Shown here one piece after another: positions 50,298-57,903 of a DNA stretch of 57,903 nt (positions within the stretch are counted from its first letter, which is position 1; the number at the start of each line of letters is the position of its first letter). Source of the stretch: Phycisphaerales bacterium (GTDB lineage: Bacteria; Planctomycetota; Phycisphaerae; WQYP01); the NCBI GenBank assembly GCA_027451365.1, contig DAIDJN010000051.1, forward strand, positions 1 through 57,903, read 5' to 3'. The position numbers and the translations under genes were made by a program. The notes beneath the pieces are model-generated. The model ran no database searches and was not told the DNA's origin. It saw nothing but the letters and a program-made list of their open reading frames with translations.

Positions 50298-50350
50298 TTG
50301 GACAAAAATGTCTCTATCATTATAATCAGGTGTCATGAATATGCAAATAA
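50298..50350. promoter_or_regulatory. Overlapping divergent promoters sharing an ATTATAAT core; shared locus motif (copy 3)
   Basis: Minus: TTATTTGCAT-attcatgacacctgat-TATAAT. Plus: TTGGAC-N17-TATAAT(50321-50326). Confidence 0.55.
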
Positions 50351-51855
50351 CATTTTCTGGTTTCATTCCATTAATCGCAGGTGCGGCTCTGATTGCCTCA
50401 CTTCAGTCGTCGTATTCCGCGGCATTGGCGTCCGTCGAACGCGGCCCGCCAGTTGTATATGTCCGGGCCATAGTTTCCAGTCGGCCGCCCCGCAAGGCAG
50501 TCCCGAAATCATACCTCGGTTTTTCCGTTGAATACGGGAGCATCCCCCGCATGTTCGGACGGCCCGTCGTCATGCAGGCGATCGCCCGACTTACCAATAG
50601 ACTGGGCGGATTCAATGGTGCACCGGTATTCCGCATCGGCGGCAATTCCCAGGATCGGGCGGTGTGGCATCTGCAATCCTCCGCAGCACGAACATCGGGT
50701 AATGCGATTGTCCTGAAATCCGCCTTGGCCGCCGATCTGCTTCGGTTGGTAAATGCCACAGGTACGCGATTAATTCTCGGATTGAACCTTGGCCGCGCTT
50801 CAGCCGGACAGGCGATTCCCTGGATCCGTGCATCTCAAAGAATCATCGGGTTCAGTCACATCATGGCGTTTGAAATCGGCAATGAACCCGATCTGTACGA
50901 CCGTCACGGCGCTCGCCCCAGGTCCTACTCGTTCACCGAATATCAGGCTGAATTCCGCACATTTGCCGGGATTATCCGACCATTCCTTCTGCGAAAACCG
51001 ATGCTCGCCGGTCCGGCATTCACAGGCCCGTGGCGACGGTTCACACCGGCATTTATTGCACGAGAGTCAAACTCTCTGGCAGTGGTCACCATGCACCAGT
51101 ATCCACTCGGGGCACCAGTACGGAACCACAGTTCCCCAAAATTCGCGAGCCTCGCCAACCTGCTCAAGCCGTCGTCGGTATCCAGTTTTGTTTCGCTTAT
51201 TTCCACCAGCATTCGAGCAGGTCACGCCCGCCACATTCCGGTCAGGTTCTCAGAAATTAATTCTGCTTACATGGGCGGAAAACGTGGCGTCAGCAACGCC
51301 TTCGCCCAGTCGCTCTGGTCGCTGGACCTACTTTTTACGCTTGCTTCGATCCATTGCGATGGAGTAAATTTTCATACCGGCCCCGTCTACGGGGCCTTCT
51401 GGCCTGATCGAAATGGCGTGCGGGTGCTGCCGTTGTATTACGGAATGTGGATGTTCGCACAAGCGGTTGCCGGCCATGCCGGCCTGGTACCAGTCCGATA
51501 CCGTACAAAAATGAATTTAAAAATCTGGGCCACACGAGATTCAAGAGGGACTCTTCGCGTTGTGGTCATCAACAAAGACCTCCGGCGGACCGCTTCGATT
51601 CAACTGGCGGTTCCCCCAGCATTGGCAGGCCGCCCTGCAGCGCGCGTCGAAAGACTCACCGCACCATCGGCCGGAGCGCGTACACACATCACCCTAGGTG
51701 GACGCACGTTCGGCAAAACTGTGAATGGCCTACCCACCGGACGCCCCTTGTTCACGCGCATCATCGGCCACAAGCACACTTTTACGATTATCGTGCCGCC
51801 CGCCAGCGCATTGATGTTAAGCGACATGAGCGCGGCCTCCGGCAAAGGAAAATGA
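50335..51855 (+). CDS. GH79-like beta-glucuronidase (second paralog)
   Basis: YLGFSVE, FRIGGNSQD, IGNEPD, FSEINS, VSNAFAQSLWSLD, NFH, PLYYGM. Confidence 0.85.
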   Translation: MNMQITFSGFIPLIAGAALIASLQSSYSAALASVERGPPVVYVRAIVSSRPPRKAVPKSYLGFSVEYGSIPRMFGRPVVMQAIARLTNRLGGFNGAPVFRIGGNSQDRAVWHLQSSAARTSGNAIVLKSALAADLLRLVNATGTRLILGLNLGRASAGQAIPWIRASQRIIGFSHIMAFEIGNEPDLYDRHGARPRSYSFTEYQAEFRTFAGIIRPFLLRKPMLAGPAFTGPWRRFTPAFIARESNSLAVVTMHQYPLGAPVRNHSSPKFASLANLLKPSSVSSFVSLISTSIRAGHARHIPVRFSEINSAYMGGKRGVSNAFAQSLWSLDLLFTLASIHCDGVNFHTGPVYGAFWPDRNGVRVLPLYYGMWMFAQAVAGHAGLVPVRYRTKMNLKIWATRDSRGTLRVVVINKDLRRTASIQLAVPPALAGRPAARVERLTAPSAGARTHITLGGRTFGKTVNGLPTGRPLFTRIIGHKHTFTIIVPPASALMLSDMSAASGKGK

Positions 51856-51893
51856 CTCCATCCGGCACATCTGTATTTTCAGGAGTTCATCCG

Positions 51894-54566
51894 ATGAAGA
51901 CGGTCCGGTGCGGCAGATCACAATATCGAATACCGCAGACCCGCACCAGTATTTTATTTAGCCCGCTAACCGCGTTTGCACTGGGCATTGTATGCGCCCT
52001 GAGCGGATGCATACACATTCAGGCCGGCATAGCGCCAACCGCCGTGCAGAGCAGGTTCTATGTGTCGCCTCAAGGCCACGATTCGAATCCGGGAACGTTG
52101 AACCGCCCATTCCGAACCCTGACACGTGCCCAGCAGGCTGTACGCCAGGTAAATGCAAATATGACGGGAAATATCCTGGTGAGCCTGGCCTCCGGCCGGT
52201 ACCGCTTGAGTCGACCTATCAAACTGATCGCCCGCGATTCCGGCACCAATGGCTTTCTTGTCATTTACCGGAATATGCGCGGCGCAAGGCCCGAAATCTG
52301 TGGCGCCGTACGCATTACCGGCTGGAAACGGCTTGATGCACCACGCAATTTATGGGCCGCGCCGGCACCGCCCCAACTTCAAGACACGCGACAGCTCTAT
52401 ATTAATGGGATTCGGGCTTTGCGCACCCGCGGCCTTCTGCCGACCAGAATGACACAAACCAGCACCGGCTATCGTGAGGCGACAACAGCCATGGCGAGCT
52501 GGCGCAACCCGTCAAATATTGAATTTGTTTACACCGGGGGAAATGGTCTTTGGTCCCAACCCTCTCTCGGATTGGGGGCGTGGACCGAGCCGCGATGTCC
52601 GATTGCGGCCATCCGCAAGCGAAGCATTATTATGGCCGAGCCTTGCTGGCGGAATTCCACTCGCCGCGTAAAATTGCCGCGGAAATTTCATTCCGGACGA
52701 ATGGCGAATCTTGTCGGGCCGGGCCATGTAGGAAAAAAGCCCGCATTCGTTGAAAATGCGTTTGAACTGCTGGGCACACCGGGGCAATGGTATCTGGACC
52801 GGACCCGTCGCATGCTCTATTACGTGCCGCGCCCGGGCGAAGATATGGCCAAGGCGGATGTCGAAGCGCCGATTCTTACAAAACTGGTCACGGGACGTGG
52901 CACGGCACAAAAGCCAATACGGAACATTCGCTTTTCCAACCTGAAATTCTGTTACGCCACGTGGTTGTCCCCTGATTCCGCGGAAGGGTTTTCTGAAATT
53001 CAGGCCAACTATACAGTGACCGGAAGAAATGGTTATGCGGTTCAGGGACTCTGTCACCTTGCCCCCGGTGGGGAATGCCCGTTTGGAAACTGGACACAGG
53101 AGCCAGGCAATCTGCAGTTGTTTTATGACCATCACATTACCTTCACAAATGATATTTTTGCGCACCTCGGCGCTGCGGGCCTGCGACTTGGAGATGGGTC
53201 TCAGGAAGACCTGGTACTTGGTTGTATCTTTACTGATATTTCCGGCAACGGGATCGAACTCGGAGGCGTGGATATGCCCCTTGCGCCCCGTCAGGCGCGC
53301 ACGGATGCAAACAGAATTGAAGACAACCACATCTTTAACGTTGCGACAGAATTTCATGGCGGCGTGGGCATCGACGTCGGTTACGCCCGCCGCACTCTTA
53401 TTGCGCACAACCAGCTCAATAACCTGCCCTACACCGGCATTTCAATCGGATGGGGCGGTTGGCCAGATAAAATTAAACTGCCAGGACAGGCGAATTATTC
53501 CGCCAATAATGTGGTGGCTCATAATCTTATCTTTAACCACATGCGACTGCTGGCGGATGGCGGAGGCATCTATACGCAAGGTCTTACCGGGCCTTCGCTG
53601 GCACGCGGCGAAAAACTGCTGAGCAATGTCATCCGCAATCAATACGGGTCCGGCCATGGCCTTTACACCGACAATGGTTGTGACAATGTGACCGCCAAGG
53701 GAAATGTTATTTTCGACACAAATTTTGACAACTGGGGCGGTCGCCATCGTGATTATTACCATAACCATCGGGGCGGCAAATTGGATAATTTCCTTTTCGA
53801 GGATAACTATTGGCAGCAGGGGGATCCCGATTCGTCACACCTGGGAGTCATTCTGCGACATAACCACCTGATCGATTCTCTACGGCAAGTGCCGGGGCTT
53901 ATTCTTCGGCGGGCCGGCCTGCAGGCGGCCTATCGAAATCTATTGAACGTTCGTATCTCTGGAACCACAGCACCCGATGCACCGATGCGCGTGGCAGCCT
54001 GGGCCGCCGATGGAACCGCTTATGTCGCCTGGAACCCGCCTGTTTCTGATGGGGGTGCCTCCATTCTTTCATACACCGTCGTTGCCTCAGATAAAAAGCA
54101 GATCGCTATTTCAGCTGACAATTTCGCGAAATCCGGCTATGTGACATTTCACCAGCTCAAGCGGAATCGGTCGGTACGCTTTTATGTTTTCGCCGTGAAT
54201 TCACGCGGTGCCAGTCCGCCATCGTTGCCTTCTGCCGCGGTCACTCCCAGAGAACGGATCATCCACGTGCCCGGCGTACCGCGGCTGCTGGCGGTGCGTA
54301 CCAGTCGCCACACCGCCTCAATCCATTTCCGCAATCCACTTCATGGTGGCGGAGCGCCCGTAACTGAAATTGTGCTGAAAATAAACCCCACCGGTCGGCG
54401 ATTTTTATTCGCCGGCAGAAGCCTGCTGGTTCTGGGCAACGGTCATGCGACCTTTTTTACGGTAGGTGGCCTGAAACCAGGAAACACATATCAGTTTTCG
54501 ATTGCCGCGGTCAATGCGGCGGGCTGCGGACTTTTTAGCCGGCGAACCGGCATTATGAAACCGTAA
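51894..54566 (+). CDS. Right-handed beta-helix glycoside hydrolase-like lipoprotein (GH141-like) with two C-terminal FN3 domains
   Basis: LSGC lipobox; FYVSPQGHDSNPGT..PFRTL..AQ, ENAFELL..PGQWY, PYTGISIGWG, DGGGIYT, GLYTDNG; FN3 motifs. AGGAG RBS (51852 is an alternative start). Confidence 0.8.
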   Translation: MKTVRCGRSQYRIPQTRTSILFSPLTAFALGIVCALSGCIHIQAGIAPTAVQSRFYVSPQGHDSNPGTLNRPFRTLTRAQQAVRQVNANMTGNILVSLASGRYRLSRPIKLIARDSGTNGFLVIYRNMRGARPEICGAVRITGWKRLDAPRNLWAAPAPPQLQDTRQLYINGIRALRTRGLLPTRMTQTSTGYREATTAMASWRNPSNIEFVYTGGNGLWSQPSLGLGAWTEPRCPIAAIRKRSIIMAEPCWRNSTRRVKLPRKFHSGRMANLVGPGHVGKKPAFVENAFELLGTPGQWYLDRTRRMLYYVPRPGEDMAKADVEAPILTKLVTGRGTAQKPIRNIRFSNLKFCYATWLSPDSAEGFSEIQANYTVTGRNGYAVQGLCHLAPGGECPFGNWTQEPGNLQLFYDHHITFTNDIFAHLGAAGLRLGDGSQEDLVLGCIFTDISGNGIELGGVDMPLAPRQARTDANRIEDNHIFNVATEFHGGVGIDVGYARRTLIAHNQLNNLPYTGISIGWGGWPDKIKLPGQANYSANNVVAHNLIFNHMRLLADGGGIYTQGLTGPSLARGEKLLSNVIRNQYGSGHGLYTDNGCDNVTAKGNVIFDTNFDNWGGRHRDYYHNHRGGKLDNFLFEDNYWQQGDPDSSHLGVILRHNHLIDSLRQVPGLILRRAGLQAAYRNLLNVRISGTTAPDAPMRVAAWAADGTAYVAWNPPVSDGGASILSYTVVASDKKQIAISADNFAKSGYVTFHQLKRNRSVRFYVFAVNSRGASPPSLPSAAVTPRERIIHVPGVPRLLAVRTSRHTASIHFRNPLHGGGAPVTEIVLKINPTGRRFLFAGRSLLVLGNGHATFFTVGGLKPGNTYQFSIAAVNAAGCGLFSRRTGIMKP

Positions 54567-54628
54567 AACGCCCAACCAATATCACCCGCGGGCAATATCG
54601 GAATACAACAGAAAACATTTCCGGATAC

Positions 54629-56239
54629 TCAACCCGCGTTGACCGGTTTGGCTCCTGGAACATATCCTTGCCGGCCGCCTGGAAGTCGCAGTTCAAGCCA
54701 GCGCGAAAGGCGCACAAATGGCCAGCCAATCAGAAAATAGATCGCCGCGGTTAATAGACCAATCCCTATATAATCGTAATAAGTGGAGGCCAGTTCGCCA
54801 TAGACTTTGGTCAGTTCCACCATTGTGATCACAGACACAATACTTGAATCTTTGAACAAGGAAATAAAGTCATTGGTCACCGGCGGCAGACAGGTGCGAA
54901 TTGCCTGCGGAATAATCACATGCCGCAGAGTCTGTAAATGACTCATGCCCAGAGAAAGTGAAGCCTCCCACTGCCCGCGCGGTATGGATTCAATTCCCGC
55001 CCGGTAATTTTCCGCCTCATAGGCCGCGTAATTCATCCCCAACCCCAGGACCGCCGCCACAAACGGGCTAAGCCGGATACCGATATTCGGCAGACCGTAA
55101 AAAATAAGATATAGCTGAATCAGCAGCGGCGTACCGCGCACCAGTTCAATATATGCCTTGGCCAGCCACGCCAGCGGTGCCGGGGCATAAAGCTTTAACA
55201 AGGCCAGAAACAGCCCCAGTGCCACTGCCAGCACCATCGCCGAAATGGATATCGCAATGGTCATTGGCGCGCCCTTTTCCACCAGTATCCGCAGATACAC
55301 CGCGTACTGCCGCAACACCTGCATCCAGGTGTGATGCGCCTGCACCATGCGGGTAAAACGCGACAGTTCATTGGGTTTGCCGCCGGCAGCCAGAGTGGCG
55401 GCAAACAGCTTTTTTGTAGGCTGATTCCACAATGCCCATTTTTTATAAATTTTCTCCAGCGTTCCGTTCCGCATCAGCGCGACCAGTGCCCGATTAATCT
55501 GCCCGCGCAACTTCACATCCGTTTTGCGCAGCGCAATGCCATAGTTAATCCGGCCGATGGGCGGACCCACAAATTTTAACGTCTTGACCGGTGAACCATA
55601 ATATTCCGCGATCGGCAGGTCCATCAGCACGGCATCCAGTCGACCGTTGGCCAGGTCCTGGTACGCATTAATCTGCCCGTCATAGGAACGTACATGAATG
55701 CCGCCAAACGCATGGAGTATCCGCTCGCCCGTTGAATCACGCAGGGTGCCGACAATCTTGCCCCGCAAATCCGCCAGGCCATGTATGCCACGCGTTGATT
55801 TTCGCACCATCAATTGCTCGGAACAGACATAATATGGCAGGCTGAAGGCGACCACCTTCCGGCGCGCGGCGGTAATGCCCAGTCCGTTCATGGCTATGTC
55901 GTAGCCGCCCCGCTCCAGACCGGGAATCAGGCCGGTCCATTCGTTCTGCACAAATACCGGCCGACGATGCAGAAGTTTCCCCAGCGCCGCGGCAATGTCC
56001 ACCTCAAAGCCAATGGTTCTGTTCGGATCCTTCGGATCCTGAAACACGTACGGCGCGCCACCTTCTGAATCCGCTCCCCATGTAAGCACCGGTCGCGGCG
56101 ACGCAGCACAAATGTTTGTGGACGCCATACACCCAATGCAGATCAACAAAATTATTGAAATAAACCGGAAAACACACATACGCCGCCCGCCGCCGGGATC
56201 GTTCATCACGCACCTTGAAAAATGTAATAGCGCCATCAC
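54629..56239 (-). CDS. Polar amino acid ABC transporter, fused substrate-binding plus permease
   Basis: GFEVDIA, FSLPYY, YGIALRK (SBP family 3); RGTPLLIQL, AYEAENYRAGI, KDSS (HisMQ-type permease). Start may be 56179. Confidence 0.92.
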   Translation of the reverse strand: MMALLHFSRCVMNDPGGGRRMCVFRFISIILLICIGCMASTNICAASPRPVLTWGADSEGGAPYVFQDPKDPNRTIGFEVDIAAALGKLLHRRPVFVQNEWTGLIPGLERGGYDIAMNGLGITAARRKVVAFSLPYYVCSEQLMVRKSTRGIHGLADLRGKIVGTLRDSTGERILHAFGGIHVRSYDGQINAYQDLANGRLDAVLMDLPIAEYYGSPVKTLKFVGPPIGRINYGIALRKTDVKLRGQINRALVALMRNGTLEKIYKKWALWNQPTKKLFAATLAAGGKPNELSRFTRMVQAHHTWMQVLRQYAVYLRILVEKGAPMTIAISISAMVLAVALGLFLALLKLYAPAPLAWLAKAYIELVRGTPLLIQLYLIFYGLPNIGIRLSPFVAAVLGLGMNYAAYEAENYRAGIESIPRGQWEASLSLGMSHLQTLRHVIIPQAIRTCLPPVTNDFISLFKDSSIVSVITMVELTKVYGELASTYYDYIGIGLLTAAIYFLIGWPFVRLSRWLELRLPGGRQGYVPGAKPVNAG

Positions 56240-56304
56240 ATCACCTGAAAAAATTGAACGTTATATGTTTTAATCGCCCCCGCACATGATCAGGACATTC
56301 GGCC

Positions 56305-57057
56305 TTAATCCAGATTAGCCAGAAAGTTCACCACGCGCGGATCCGAATTTCCTTGAAAAAAATCCGGGGCCGGACAATACGCCACCTTGCGCCCGGCATC
56401 CAGCATCAGCACCCGATCCGCGACCTGCCGGGCAAACCGCATTTCGTGAGTGACGACGATCTGGGTCATGCCCTCCTCATGCAATTGCCGCATGATCAGC
56501 AGCACTTCACGCACCAGTGTGGGATCCAAGGCGGAAGTCGGTTCGTCGTACAACAAGACTGAAGGCTTCATAGCCAAGGCGCGGGCAATAGCAGCACGTT
56601 GCTGTTGACCGCCGCTAAGTTGCCCGGGATAATAATTTAACCGGTCACCCAGGCCGACCTTTTGCAGGAAATGAGCAGCGATATCCCGCGCAGCCTCGGG
56701 TGAAAGTCCACCAACGATTCGAGGCGCAAGCATTGCGTTCTGCAATGCTGTTAAATGACCGAACAAATTAAAACTTTGAAATACCATACCCACCTGCTGC
56801 CGCATCCGGTGCATAATCGCGGCGTATTCGCGGGGCGAAGCCAAACCGCTGACCGCCATTTGAGTGGTTCCGATTCTCATCGCACCAGAATCAATTTTTT
56901 CCAGGCCGTTCAGGCATCGCAAAAGTGTTGATTTTCCACAGCCCGACGGTCCGACCAACACCAGCAGTTCACCTGATTCGACATTCAGGCTGATATCGAA
57001 CACACCGGCGTTGGGTCCAAAGCACTTGGACATATTCTGCACTTCAACCAGCGGCAT
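56305..57057 (-). CDS. Polar amino acid ABC transporter ATP-binding protein (GlnQ-like)
   Basis: GPSGCGKST, GMVFQSFNLF, LSGGQQQR, YDEPTSALDP, VTHEM. Confidence 0.94.
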   Translation of the reverse strand: MPLVEVQNMSKCFGPNAGVFDISLNVESGELLVLVGPSGCGKSTLLRCLNGLEKIDSGAMRIGTTQMAVSGLASPREYAAIMHRMRQQVGMVFQSFNLFGHLTALQNAMLAPRIVGGLSPEAARDIAAHFLQKVGLGDRLNYYPGQLSGGQQQRAAIARALAMKPSVLLYDEPTSALDPTLVREVLLIMRQLHEEGMTQIVVTHEMRFARQVADRVLMLDAGRKVAYCPAPDFFQGNSDPRVVNFLANLD

Positions 57058-57170
57058 GGCATAACCTCAAATAAGTTGACCATCAGCCATTGCAGGCCGT
57101 GACGGGCCGGGAATATGATCCGCGATCCGGAAGAATTGAGCAATGCGGAAAAGAAAGGGCAAGACAGATG

Positions 57171-57211
57171 AAAAAAAAAGACCCGGACGAATCTTTCGAT
57201 CCGTCCGGGTC
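57171..57211 (-). terminator. Rho-independent terminator of the rRNA operon
   Basis: GACCCGGACG...CGTCCGGGTC stem followed by T9 on the minus strand, directly after 5S. Confidence 0.9.
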
Positions 57212-57215
57212 ATAA

Positions 57216-57324
57216 ATCTGGCACTCACCTACTCTAGCGCGTAAGCACTACCATCGGCCGTCAGGGCTTTACGGTGCTGTTCGGAATGGGAAGCTGTGTT
57301 ACCCCTGGCGTATAGGCACCAGAA
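57216..57324 (-). rRNA. rrf: 5S ribosomal RNA (short, ~109 nt)
   Basis: Minus strand TCTGGTGCC...CCCATTCCGAAC...GCCGATGGTAGT...AGAGTAGGT...TGCCAGA. Confidence 0.95.
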
Positions 57325-57552
57325 AACCGGAGTGGCTGGTTTCCCAGCCGCTCCAGATACCTCGCCCGTTGGCGAGTGAAGATTGCGTGAGTGATACAAA
57401 TCCGGCAGTGGAATTAAGGGGGATTAAAAAAGCGCACTACAGTTACTTCAAAGTGACAGTAGGTGGCCTTACACTTGAGAGTTCGAGGTTACCAGACAAC
57501 TCCATAACCGATAGAACGGTAATGAAGGATATCGGGAACGATCGAAAATCAA

Positions 57553-57903
57553 AGTGGTCAAGCCTGTCGCCTGTTAGTACCGGTCAGCTGAATGCATTGC
57601 TGCACTTACACTTCCGGCCTATCAACCAGCTAGTCTAGCTGGAGGCTATAGGGACGTCTCATCTTGAGGGAGGTTTCACACTTAGATGCTTTCAGCGTTT
57701 ATCCTGTCCGAACATAGCTACCCAACTGTGCCCCGAGCGGGGCAATTGGTATACCAGGGGTTCGTCCATCCTAATCCTCTCGTACTAGGGATGAGTCCTC
57801 TTCAAACGTCCTGCGCCCACGGCAGATAGGGACCGACCTGGCTCACGCCGGTCTGAACCCAGCTCGCGTACCGCTTTAATTGGCGAACAGCCAAACCCTT
57901 GGG
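57553..57903 (-). rRNA. rrl: 23S ribosomal RNA, 3' end (partial)
   Basis: Contains the sarcin-ricin loop AGTACGAGAGGA and GCTGGGTTCAGACCG; ends ...GGCTTGACCA. Confidence 0.98.

Noticed and set aside
51447..51851. N-terminal extension of the beta-helix lipoprotein
   Set aside because: It overlaps the upstream GH79 in another frame; the RBS and lipoprotein signal support a start at 51894 or 51852.
57369..57638. 89-aa ORF
   Set aside because: Antisense to the 23S rRNA 3' end and spacer.

Overview
Chromosomal window from a moderately GC-rich bacterium. It is most likely a planctomycete (Phycisphaerae-like), inferred from a short ~109-nt 5S rRNA, a PEP-CTERM protein, a DUF1559-type prepilin/H-X9-DG protein, a giant PilX/GspK-like protein and a PQQ-propeller/TPR protein. 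Left to right: a possible IS256-like end; an arsR-arsC-acr3-arsM arsenic operon; a GT2/aldolase pair; arfB and comB; a PL4 rhamnogalacturonan lyase behind a perfect sigma70 promoter and an attenuator-like leader; an orphan 1344-aa PilX/GspK-like gene; a five-gene minus-strand cassette (propeller protein, 10-Cys secreted protein, LolA-like protein, C39-like/DUF1573 gene broken by one in-frame TGA, MauE-thioredoxin fusion); housekeeping genes (mtnP, coaX, multi-GAF diguanylate cyclase, pduO-type adenosyltransferase, nadD, rpsO, pnp); a ~15-kb glycan-utilisation locus (2x GH27, 2x GH79, alginate-lyase-fold enzyme, beta-helix/FN3 lipoprotein, XylR-type regulator); an amino-acid ABC transporter; and the 3' end of an rRNA operon. 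The two best candidates for undescribed systems are the putative disulfide-rich protein maturation/export cassette (14.0-21.1 kb) and the glycan locus, where a prepilin-like protein and a PEP-CTERM protein occur without any SusC/SusD pair and a shared 20-bp promoter/operator motif recurs (39.3-54.6 kb). All family assignments are by motif recognition only; no searches were run.
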